A stretch of 63,626 bases of DNA, filler included, from Trichomonas gallinae (lineage: Eukaryota), in assembly GCA_008369845.1 (NCBI GenBank). It is 6 parts of 6 records of this genome, joined end to end, with 100 filler letters (N's around TTAATTAATTAA, not from the genome) between each part and the next. Parts side by side here need not be neighbours in the genome. Positions count along the whole stretch, not along the records: positions 29,774 to 39,246 come from MRSU01000929.1; positions 39,347 to 49,402 come from MRSU01000933.1; 4 more parts are not named here. One strand, written 5' to 3'. This document shows, in pieces, positions 30,874-40,978 of the stretch. Numbering within the stretch: the first letter of the stretch is position 1; each line of letters begins with the position of its first letter. Below the pieces are notes generated by a model. The model made no database searches and had not been told where the DNA came from. It saw nothing but the letters and a program-made list of their open reading frames with translations. Both the position numbers and the translations under genes were made by a program.

Positions 30874-31331
30874 TTTTTCCTATCGTTTTCTGACTTTACA
30901 TGGCAAAAATATTGTTTTTCTCTTTTCTTTGGTAATTTATTGGAAACCAAAGTCAGAGAATCTATAAATTAACTCAGTTGGAATTACATATTTTGTGGTA
31001 GCGATGACTATCAACATTGATCAAAATTTTGATTTTATACCTAAATTATAAAAACTCATAGAATTTTAAGTGAAATAACCTCTCTCTCTCCAACTACTAT
31101 TAATTAATTTATGATTCTTTTGTGTTGAAAATGGGATTTTAAAATTTGTTATTTTTCTCAAAATATTATAATATTTGTTGAAAAAATTATTTTTTTCATA
31201 TAAAAATAATCGAAAAAATATAAAATTAAATAATCGAAAATTTAATATAATAGTTATTAAACAATGCGGTTGATTTTTATGGCGAAATAAAACAATTGTC
31301 TCGTAAATTTATTTTATTTGTCAAAATTTTA

Positions 31332-31766
31332 ATGAAATCTATATCATTGAAAGATATTGACGAACATACGAAAACTTTGCTTGAGGAGTCAACATGCGAG
31401 CCACAAATAGTGATTACTCCAAAATTATTCGAAAATGATGAGACGAATGCAGACTTATTGGTTGTTTCTCTCTTCTGTGGAGTAAAATCAGGAGAAAAGC
31501 TCAAAACGAGGGAAGTTTTCAAGAGGGCTGGCGATTTTGAGGTTTTCGACAAGGTAATTCAGCTTTATTTTAGAGAATTCAAATTCGTTGAAGCTTTTCA
31601 AACGAAAAAGGTTCTCTCCATATCAGAAAAGCTTTCAAATCAGCAAAGAACAGAGATGATTGAACAATACTTTCTTAAATTATTACGAGTTCCGGGTATT
31701 GTTATATTACCAGCTTTTCTTGAGTTTTTCGATATACCAGTAGACTTGTTCTTACAAGAAAAATAA
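31332..31766 (+). CDS. PX (phox) domain protein
   Basis: VFKRAGDFEVFDKVI ... TKKVL ... QQRTEMIEQYFLKLL ... FLEFF follows the PX pattern; ATG 31332. Confidence 0.7.
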   Translation: MKSISLKDIDEHTKTLLEESTCEPQIVITPKLFENDETNADLLVVSLFCGVKSGEKLKTREVFKRAGDFEVFDKVIQLYFREFKFVEAFQTKKVLSISEKLSNQQRTEMIEQYFLKLLRVPGIVILPAFLEFFDIPVDLFLQEK

Positions 31767-32324
31767 CTCCTTATTAACTTTCGCTCAAATTATTCTCAAA
31801 TTTTTATTCTTCGACTTATTATGCTGGGAATATCAAAATCCCAATATCTATAAGAACTACTTCATCGACATTAATTTTAATTAGTCAAATGAAGAATGCA
31901 AATTTGTTGACCAATTATCTCTTAATTTTACGATTTTTAATACAGTTTACGGACAATCAGCTACTATAGTTCAATGATTATTATACGACAAACGTCCTTA
32001 TTTACCTTATTACCAGTGTAAATACTTAATTTTTCAATCTTTATTTTAGCTCTATGGATTCAGCAATAAAGGAATCCAAATCTACAGGCAGAACTTATCC
32101 ATTTAATACTTTCCGATATGATATAATACTGTTTAGCTTACCAATAAATCAATATTAGATAGAATAGTAAAGATAAAGATAATAGTGTGAATATATGTAG
32201 TAGTGTAGAGAGTATGTGGTAGTAAAAAGAAAAATAGTAAGATTTTTTTAAACTGTGAACTTTATTTTAAAAAGATTCTTGTTTCCAAAAAATCTAGGAG
32301 GCCAAGTCACAAGAAAGAGGGGCC

Positions 32325-32396
32325 TTATTTGGACCTCATCATCCTCCTCTTCCTTTTCAGTCTCCGCATACGCTTCTTAAGCCACTTGCCGCGCAT
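32325..32396 (-). CDS. RPL41: Ribosomal protein eL41 (23 aa)
   Basis: Translates [23 protein letters not shown], matching [21 protein letters not shown]. Confidence 0.95.
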   Translation of the reverse strand: [23 protein letters not shown]

Positions 32397-32402
32397 TCTA
32401 AA

Positions 32403-32424
32403 TTATGAGGGACCAAAACCGTTG
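32403..32424 (-). promoter_or_regulatory. Core promoter of RPL41: Myb-type AACGGTT element followed by CCCTCAT initiator-like site
   Basis: Minus strand CAACGGTTTTGGTCCCTCATAATTTAGAATG; resembles the Myb-recognition-like core element recalled for T. vaginalis promoters. Confidence 0.5.
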
Positions 32425-32860
32425 AATGCCTTTCAATTCCTTTGGCCCTTCGACTTTCCCAGTTTTGACGAAGAAAATTGTTGGATTTGGACTTAATATA
32501 GATATTCATGCAATATTATAAAATTTTGGTCGAATATTAAAATTATTTTCCGCTACAGATCAGAAACCATGCATTTCCTCATGTACATTCTCTTTTTGTG
32601 TGTCAACATGAATCAAATATAGAAACCAAAGCCCACAAAATCAAAAATAATTTATTTCATTTTCAAATTAGCGTTTTAGAAAATTTTACTGATTTCATTT
32701 GAAAAATTATCGTTTGCATATGTGTTTATTTAAATTATTTAGGCATTATAAAAATATAACGAATATGATACTTTTGACATGTAATCTTTACGTGACAGAA
32801 ATATGAATTAAAACATGAATTAAAATTTAGGCTCGATATAAGTGGTTATTTACAACAAAA

Positions 32861-33640
32861 TCAATTATTAGAAGAATCGCAGAGTGTCTGAATAACATGT
32901 AATAATCCAACAGAGTCATCTGGTTCAATATTGACTCCATGTGTGGCTAGAAGCTCAGATAACTGCGCATTGAATGGCTCCTCGTCGCCAACAATGCCGA
33001 AAATTGCTTGTGAACGAACGAGCATATCTTCATGCGCTTTATGCAGGAAAGCTATAGTATCCTCGAAGTTATATTCTAGCTCGTTGTCAACGATTCCGCG
33101 TTCATCGTCAGAGTCGTCCAAACCGATGTCGTCATCAATATATTCAACGCCAAATTTATCACAAATCTGCATCATTTCGTCGCCACTCGGGCATGGTATC
33201 TCAGCGATCCAACCCTTGTTGATCAGACTCGCTGCGTAAGTTGGATATTTTTTGGCTTTCTTTTTCAGAACATCGGGAATGATTTTTCCGTTAATAGAAA
33301 CGAGCTCTGGCAATGCAATAATGAGTGATAAGTTGAGCTGCTTGTCGCTGATATTTGTTGAGTTCTTCAAAGAAATTTTACGCAAATGCGGAAATGCAGC
33401 GATATTTTTAAGATTTTCTAGTTGTATATTATCAGCCATTAACTCGATGCATTTTGGAAGCTTTGGAATGCCTTCAAACGTCGTTAATGGAATTCTGCTT
33501 AAATTTAAGTATTTAGTTAAGCGAACGTCGGCCAAATATTTCTTTTCTGAGAGCAACTGCGGATTGAACTCCCTCTCAGACGGCAGATTTAATCTTCCCG
33601 ATGTCCGAAGGCTGTGAATCCTTCTTTCTAACCACGTCAT
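32861..33640 (-). CDS. Leucine-rich-repeat protein
   Basis: YLNLSRIPLTTFEG, LRKISLKNS, LPELVSING LRR plus LRR-cap pattern; ATG 33640. Confidence 0.8.
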   Translation of the reverse strand: MTWLERRIHSLRTSGRLNLPSEREFNPQLLSEKKYLADVRLTKYLNLSRIPLTTFEGIPKLPKCIELMADNIQLENLKNIAAFPHLRKISLKNSTNISDKQLNLSLIIALPELVSINGKIIPDVLKKKAKKYPTYAASLINKGWIAEIPCPSGDEMMQICDKFGVEYIDDDIGLDDSDDERGIVDNELEYNFEDTIAFLHKAHEDMLVRSQAIFGIVGDEEPFNAQLSELLATHGVNIEPDDSVGLLHVIQTLCDSSNN

Positions 33641-34242
33641 TTTAGCTGTCACTTTTTAAATTACAAATAATTTATAAGCTCAACATTATACATCTACTAC
33701 ACATATATTTCACTTTTTAAAATATAACTCTCGGTTAATTCTCTTTCTTTATCGAAATATCGAATTATTCAAGAAAAATCAATGCATTATACATATTATT
33801 AACCAAAATATATATTTATAAATTCCCACATAATATATATTTTAGGTGGTTTGGACATTTTGAGCAAAAAGATAAATTTCAAGAATCTATAAGTCTATAA
33901 TATCAAATTACAGCTTAATATATATCATCTTTATGATTAAAACCAGCATATGAAACAACATGTTAGTTATGCTTTGTAAATAATATTTTATTTTTGTTAA
34001 TAAATTATTACAATTTCATTGAGATTTATAAAATATCATAAATAGCCAATAACGAAAAATATACGAAGACAATGGGCATCATTATACATTAATTTTATAA
34101 CATGTTAGTAAATCAACAATGTTATTGGTAAAGTTTGCACAACAAGTTGTAGATGGTTCCATTAACATGCTTTTTAGAAGCTCATCATTTACATATAGTC
34201 ATGATATAACCTATGAATTCATTTGAAAAAGAAAAAGTTTTT

Positions 34243-34384
34243 TGCCATGTAAATAATGTATTGACATGTAAATAAAGATTATTTTTGACATGTAAAATGT
34301 TATTGACATGTAAATAAATTTTGATTTTTGCCATGTAAAAAAGAAATTGACATGTAAATAAATTTGGTATTTTTGACATGTAAA
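34243..34384 (+). repeat. Array of seven TG(A/C)CATGTAAA motifs directly upstream of the 34398 ATG
   Basis: CATG cores at 34246, 34265, 34289, 34307, 34332, 34351, 34377. Confidence 0.85.
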
Positions 34385-34397
34385 TTATTAATAAAAA

Positions 34398-35810
34398 ATG
34401 TCGTCAAATCTTCTTTCCGATTTTCAAGTAAAAGCAGCAAACGATTTCGTCAACAGCTTTTTATCAGCCTCTATACAGGTACAACAAAGTAAGGACGGCA
34501 AACCCAGTTTATGCTTCTTTCCTGACAAAAATCAATATGAAATACGTTCAATAAACAACTTATCACATTTTAACACAAGTAAAAGGAATGCTGGTATAGC
34601 AGCACACAATAGAACAGTACTTAATTCCTTTCTTTTGCCTCATTATACTTTGAATTTTTATTATACAGCTCGAAAATTACAAGAAAACGACAAATATCCT
34701 AAAAATAACCCAAATTTATACGCAAAAGGCGGCTCCACATCATATAGAAAGCGAAATATTCAGTTAAATTTAGAAAAATCAATTTTTTCAAACACAATTT
34801 TTAACAGAACTCACAAATTACTCATGTTTGGTACAAAAGATTCATTAGCAGAAAAGGTTTCGGATGATGAAGACCCTGATAGACCAGCAGAATTCCTTGC
34901 TTCAAGATTTAATCTTGTTGGAAATGTAACTGATGAACTTTCATATTTCGATAACTCAACCAATTCAGACATATATCGCTGCAGTATGAATTTTAAGTCT
35001 TATTCACCCGAAACAGTCAAAAAATTTGTTTCAAATCGCCAGAATTTTGTTTCTGAGATGAAACTCTTTAGAATATCACTTTCTGAAGTTAGAATGAACT
35101 ATCCAATGAATTTTCGAACAAAACCAGAAGATTTTCAATTCAAACCTTTAAATTACGTAAGATTTTATGTTACTTTCCAAATATTGCAAGAACTTTTCGA
35201 AAATTCAACATTGACATCAGATTGCGATTCCATTCCTCTTTTATTAGATTCAATTTACGATATAATCAGAAAACTCATTGATTCTAACGGGTCTCCTTTC
35301 CAATTCGTTTGTAATGAGATAACACTTCGATTCATTTATATTACATTCCTTCTTTTTCATAATATTTCAGATGGTTTAATTAATCATCCAAAATCTCTTT
35401 TTTCTTTCCTCGAAAGCAGTGCAAGAAGAGGACTAGTTTTCGAAGGCAATGTTATTATGAATGAAGTCCAGCTAATTCAAAATCAAATTGAAAAAGGAGG
35501 AATTTATTGCTTTGAGCTTACAGACTACAAAGCACTGGCTCTTGCTGCAGAGCTAAACAAGATGGACATGTCTCTAAAGTTGCAAATCGAAAAATCGAAT
35601 AATCATCATGAAAATTATAATTTTTATTCTCATGATCCATATAATTACGTGATGACATTCAAGTTTGTAGAACCACTTGACATTTCCATCAGTTATGAAA
35701 GAATCAAGAACAAAAGAACTAATATTCCCGTCCTTCCTTTGCGCGACATGTTTTCTAAGTTCTTTAAAGTTGAACAAGATCTTGACGAAACTTCTCAATT
35801 ACCATGGTAA
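34398..35810 (+). CDS. Hypothetical protein, 470 aa
   Basis: Intact ORF with AAAAAATG context; no motif recognised. Confidence 0.75.
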   Translation: MSSNLLSDFQVKAANDFVNSFLSASIQVQQSKDGKPSLCFFPDKNQYEIRSINNLSHFNTSKRNAGIAAHNRTVLNSFLLPHYTLNFYYTARKLQENDKYPKNNPNLYAKGGSTSYRKRNIQLNLEKSIFSNTIFNRTHKLLMFGTKDSLAEKVSDDEDPDRPAEFLASRFNLVGNVTDELSYFDNSTNSDIYRCSMNFKSYSPETVKKFVSNRQNFVSEMKLFRISLSEVRMNYPMNFRTKPEDFQFKPLNYVRFYVTFQILQELFENSTLTSDCDSIPLLLDSIYDIIRKLIDSNGSPFQFVCNEITLRFIYITFLLFHNISDGLINHPKSLFSFLESSARRGLVFEGNVIMNEVQLIQNQIEKGGIYCFELTDYKALALAAELNKMDMSLKLQIEKSNNHHENYNFYSHDPYNYVMTFKFVEPLDISISYERIKNKRTNIPVLPLRDMFSKFFKVEQDLDETSQLPW

Positions 35811-36625
35811 TAAAATGTTTGTATTTATCTTTTATATTTATATTAGTGTCTTTTTTTGTATAAGAAACAGTTGCCAAATGTTTACACGATTTCTGTCCAT
35901 AAAATCTGAGCTAAATTCTTTTGCAATTAGATCTATTTGCAATTTCTGCATCCATCTGCTAAATTACAGTAATTTGCAGTTTCAAAGCCATATGCATATC
36001 TCAATTTTAGCAAAATTCATCATTCGGATATTGCCAGTGGAATATATCTACGTTGGGAAAGGTGCAGAATCCTCTTCGAAAATCCCAAAGTTAGTAAAAT
36101 CTTCTTTATATTCTATGGATATTGATGATTGTCCATAATTGTCAGCCCTCAGTGGATGCTAAGCTGTCATTCTCAGTATTGCTTATTGCTCACCATTTAA
36201 TGCAGGATGACACGAATTGTTTAATAATTCACACATTTTTGATATAAATAAAGATAAGCGAAGTATTTGCGTAAGGTTTTTTAATAATCCAGTTATGTTC
36301 AATCAATGTTGGGATATAGATTGAACATTGACATTGATGCACTATAGATCCAACGCTTTTTTTATTTGCAAAGTTTTTCTCTTATCAAAAATACGCAATA
36401 ATAAGATGGTAAGAATGATGAAGCTTTTTCAAAAAATCAACACGATCTCATTTCGTTCTTTTGGCAATAAACTACCAATCTTCCCAGTATCATCTGAAGT
36501 AACACCATTAACTAATGTGACACAATGATATGATGCGAATAATTTGACACTTAAATATTGACAAATGTCAAAAATTTCTGATTTTTTGTTTGAAATCGTT
36601 TGATCATTTTTTTTTTTAGAAAAAA

Positions 36626-37153
36626 ATGGAAATGATGTCATTAGATCAAAGCTTGAACGACAATAACAACGACAGCATTTCGCAGCTTTCGATTTCGATT
36701 TTCCCGCCGCAAAATAGCGAAGCTAAGCAAGCAGTTCAGATTTCGAAAGATTATATTTCTCCTCAAAACCAACCAAATCCAAAGATTCCGGGCACTAGAC
36801 ACAGGTCACCACACTGGTCACTGGAAGAAGACAAGAGATTACTAGAAGCCGTCCAACGACATGGAAGTTCAAATTGGGAAGCAGTTGCGACATTTGTAGG
36901 CAATGGAAGAACAAAAGCGCAGTGCTCCCAGCGATTCCATCGTGTTATTGATCCGAAAATCTCAAAGGCAAATTGGACTCAAGAAGAAGAGGAAAAACTT
37001 ATTAAAGCTGTTGAACAATTTGGCGATAAAGCTTGGACACGTGTTGCTGCACAGTTTGGAAATAGAACAGATGTTCAATGCAGATTTAAATATAAACATC
37101 TCCAAAAGAAACTCGCAACATATGATGCACCATTACAAGTATATACTGCTTAA
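36626..37153 (+). CDS. R2R3 Myb transcription factor
   Basis: WSLEEDKRL...NWEAVA...GRTKAQCSQRF and WTQEEEEKL...WTRVA...NRTDVQCRFKY. Confidence 0.93.
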   Translation: MEMMSLDQSLNDNNNDSISQLSISIFPPQNSEAKQAVQISKDYISPQNQPNPKIPGTRHRSPHWSLEEDKRLLEAVQRHGSSNWEAVATFVGNGRTKAQCSQRFHRVIDPKISKANWTQEEEEKLIKAVEQFGDKAWTRVAAQFGNRTDVQCRFKYKHLQKKLATYDAPLQVYTA

Positions 37154-38192
37154 TTCCAAAACTACGTCTTCTAGATCAGTTACCTGAAATTTCTTGATAA
37201 TTGTTGTTATATCATAAATTGTTTACTAATTTCAATTACATACAATGTTAAAGCCATCAGAAACTAACTGAAATATAACGAGCAGATTGTATTGTATTTT
37301 AAATTTCAAAAAAATTGATTATATAAGGTATTATAATAGTTAATTGAATATACAATATATTGACAAAGTTTTTGGTACCAATACATCTTCCTGATCTAAT
37401 CAAACAATGTTTAATAAAATCAAAAATAAAAAATTTATTTAGAATAAAACACATTGTTCGGTTTTACGTTTAGAATATGTTTCATTCCAGTTTCAAAGGG
37501 GTTTTGCATAGTCAATACCAATTCAGAGAATGATACTGATCATTTTCTATATTCAATGAAAATTTGTTCCAATATCATCCGAATGAAGTGGTTCTTGATC
37601 TCAAGTCGACTACTTATGGTGCAAAACTATATATATTAGCTTATAGGGCTGAAATATGTGATGATATTTATTTGCATGTCGAAAGATAGATTTAATGCTA
37701 TATTCAACTATAGAGATAAATCAAAGTCGAAACATGTATAGAAAATACATAGATTCAAAATATCATATAAAGAACATTTTTTTTCGTAATTTTTTAAAAT
37801 CTGTTTAAATGTCATGAATATGGTTACATATAGAGTTGAATTATTCGTAATCTTCTATAAAAGAACATTTATTTTGTGATTATTCTTGAAATACGTTTTT
37901 AGTGTCATGAGTATCATCATAATAGTATACAGAACTAAATATAGCAATCTCATTGATTAAAAGCATGTTTTTCTTCGAATGGTCACTTGCCACTTTTATT
38001 GTAAAATTGAGAGGTTTGATAGGTCGGAATTTCAATGAAAATAAAACAATAACAAAAGAATTATTTGTTATAAAGAAATAGCAACATGTTTGCGATACAA
38101 ATAAATAAAAATCGGACATTGTAACCCGCTAATTCGCTACATTCAATAATTTTGAAAGAAATTCAATGGGTTTTAGCATAACAACATTTTAA

Positions 38193-38963
38193 ATGTCTTT
38201 CAACAAACAGATAGACTCATTCATTGTCAGCGATGGAGATGAGGACAGGGATGGATCCAGCGATGACTTTAAAGCAAGCATTCAGTCATTAATAAAACAT
38301 GTTCAAAAAAGTTCGAAGGAAATCTATTCAATACAACATCTTACTTCCAAATTTCATTTCCACAAGCGTAGACTTTACGATGTCTTGAATGTTTTCGAAT
38401 CGATTGGTATTTGTAGAAAATTAAGTGTTGACTTGTTGTTTTGGAATGGATTTTCAAATATCTACAGTACAGTTTACAAATTGGCTGAAGAAAATCATAT
38501 ATTTGATTCGGATTTCCATATGAAAAATTTGATTTTAACGAATCCATGTATTCCAATCTCAGAACTTACACAGAAATTTTTATTGTTATACACAGCGTTG
38601 AATTTGCATAGCATTGACATTAAACAGTGCGCAAAATTTTTAACGCAAAAAAATAACAAGTACAAGACTGCGTTATGCAAATTATACCAGATCATTTACA
38701 TTTTGGAATCATCAGATATCATCTCTAAGGCTAAGAAGCCAGGAGAAGTTTCTATAGCAAATAAATATTTCTTATCAAAAGAAGACACAACGAAACCATC
38801 GGTCAACATCTTTAGCATCGAATCATTATTGAACGACCACGTCATGAGCTCAAATAAATATAATGATCGATTAAAATATTTCGAAACGGTAACCATGACT
38901 GAAAAGCAAAAATATTGCTCCTTTCTCAACAACTTGACCTTTCTAACACAATTGGCTTTATAA
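38193..38963 (+). CDS. E2F/DP-like winged-helix protein with two DNA-binding domains (atypical E2F7/8-like)
   Basis: KRRLYDVLNVFESIG and a second degenerate KLYQIIYILESSDII. Confidence 0.85.
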   Translation: MSFNKQIDSFIVSDGDEDRDGSSDDFKASIQSLIKHVQKSSKEIYSIQHLTSKFHFHKRRLYDVLNVFESIGICRKLSVDLLFWNGFSNIYSTVYKLAEENHIFDSDFHMKNLILTNPCIPISELTQKFLLLYTALNLHSIDIKQCAKFLTQKNNKYKTALCKLYQIIYILESSDIISKAKKPGEVSIANKYFLSKEDTTKPSVNIFSIESLLNDHVMSSNKYNDRLKYFETVTMTEKQKYCSFLNNLTFLTQLAL

Positions 38964-39200
38964 TTTCTATTTTGTAATTTCCATGTTATAAAAATGATTT
39001 ACTTGACAAATTTAATATTATACATGTCAGCAAAGTTTTTTGAATTAATTTACATGACAATCTGGTATTTTACATGTCAAAATAGTATTAAAATATTTTT
39101 AAAGGTTGTCCGGCAGAAAAATACAACTAAAAATTCTGTAAATTAATAATATAGAATGAGCACATTGTGACCATTAAAATGCTAGATTCCCATCAAAAAA

Positions 39201-39246
39201 ATCCCGGTGGAGTTTTCTTGGGCTCTACTGTAGCGTCGAACCTGAC
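39201..39246 (+). ncRNA. Probable SRP (7SL) RNA, 5' Alu domain only (truncated by gap)
   Basis: Helix GTGGAG(39207-12)/CTCTAC(39223-28), then the UGUNR motif TGTAG (39229-33), then helix CGTC-GAACCT-GAC; GG in the first loop and CC in the second allow loop-loop pairing. Confidence 0.55.
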
Positions 39247-39346
39247 NNNNNNNNNNNNNNNNNNNNNNNNNNNNNNNNNNNNNNNNNNNNTTAATTAATT
39301 AANNNNNNNNNNNNNNNNNNNNNNNNNNNNNNNNNNNNNNNNNNNN
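39247..39346. other. Artificial contig spacer
   Basis: N44-TTAATTAATTAA-N44. Confidence 0.97.
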
Positions 39347-39681
39347 TGTCATATCAAATGAATACATAATTCATAGTAATTTCCCCTACTTACTGTGGTA
39401 AATTTTGTATATCATAATGAAAATCAATTCAAGCTTATCAAACTATGCTAAATTAATCAATAAGTTTAGAATATTTATAAAGTACTTTAAAAATATTCAA
39501 AATGATAATTTTTTATTGAAATCTAATTCTATAATTTAATATTAAAATGCATATTTCATTCGAAATACATGTATATAGTGTTCAAAGAGACAAAATTAAG
39601 GCCATATTTAATAAGAATGATCCGCGCAGGTTAATCACAAATGAATTTGACAAATTTGCGGTTTTGTCAAAAAAAAGAATC

Positions 39682-39918
39682 ATGGATCCATTCGATGTTG
39701 TTACACTTGATAAAGACAAGGATGTTGCCACTAACGTTCTTATAATCACCTGCTTCATAGTGGTGTTTCTGATGGTATTTTTGATATTTTACCCATTATT
39801 ATGTAGAAGACCACTTAAAGCTTGGTGGGCAAAACGAAAACAAAACCACAAAGTAGGAAAAGATGTGGCAGATGACAAATCAAAAGCACTAAGTGAAATA
39901 CAAGCATCTTTGATCTGA
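39682..39918 (+). CDS. Small single-pass membrane protein (78 aa)
   Basis: MDPFDVV...VLIITCFIVVFLMVFLIFYPLLC followed by a basic tail. Confidence 0.65.
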   Translation: MDPFDVVTLDKDKDVATNVLIITCFIVVFLMVFLIFYPLLCRRPLKAWWAKRKQNHKVGKDVADDKSKALSEIQASLI

Positions 39919-40978
39919 TCGTTTTCAAAATATAATCAGTATCGATTACTTCTGGTATTTAATCATAGAAAATCTATATCTGGTTCATTTAAGCAGATTT
40001 TTTACTGATTCGATGCATCGAATTTATTCAATTTTCGCAATTACACTGATTGACGATTTCATTTCAGCCATTAGATTACAATTATGTTGAAATATATTAT
40101 TCAATTACTTTGAAGCCCTATATCTCAAAATTTGTTTATTTTCGTATTCGAAATGTCCAATTTCTATTTCTTTCACAGTTTCCCATGCTCATTTACAATA
40201 TATTCGACATAGTACTCTGTTTGTTTTAATAAATGCGTTATTTCTCGATCAATAGCCCGACCATCATTTGTTTCATATAATTTAACAACTTAATATCAAT
40301 TCGTAATATTACATTATGCCATCACATAATGCATAATATATGATCATCCATATATGAAAAGAAGAAATGACATAATTAACACGAAATGATTTTAACCTTG
40401 ACTTGTTGATAATAAACTCTTTGTTCTCATTATTTCTACTCATTTATGTTTAACACACATGAATAATTTTCGCACAATAATCGTTTAAATTACTTTTTTC
40501 ACAGAGATAGAAATATCTCAAAAATGTTTAGCTTAGGAATATCTGTCACATCTCAATAAAATATATCAATATGAGAATGCCTACTTATATTCTGAATTTT
40601 GTGAATTGCATCAATATCATTGCAAAAATGATTTTTTTACAAAAAAAGAGTGTGAGAAAATCCGTTGCACTCTAATAAGTTATTCATTGTGGGCATACCT
40701 ATCTATATTCTGAATATGGAGAAAATTAATGTGAGTCGTATTATAATTTTTGTCAAAATAATTTCTTACATTTTGTCATAAATGATGTGATTACATGACA
40801 TAAATGATATGACTTTTTGACAATGCTGAGGGAAATACAATGTAAAGCTTTTCCGATAAAGTAATCAAATAATAGACTTAGATGACATATCAGGCATCAA
40901 AAATGCATCGATGAGTAAGACAAAAGTGACAATAACCGTAACCCGAAATTTTTGTCATTTCGCATATTTTTTGAGAAA

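Noticed and set aside
36146..36199. Minus-strand ATGGTGA...CTGA-GAATGA...CTGA as a second C/D snoRNA
   Set aside because: Box C is imperfect, there is no spacer between D' and C', and no adjacent terminal stem; too weak without expression data
37454..38119. Short ORFs and a possible decayed glycosyltransferase on the minus strand
   Set aside because: Only a hydrophobic N-terminus and an SDDIG word amid many stops; not enough to call
39920..40700. Coding-like texture on the minus strand between the small TM gene and the tail-anchored gene
   Set aside because: Many stops in all frames and no recognisable family; possibly an old pseudogene but unsupported
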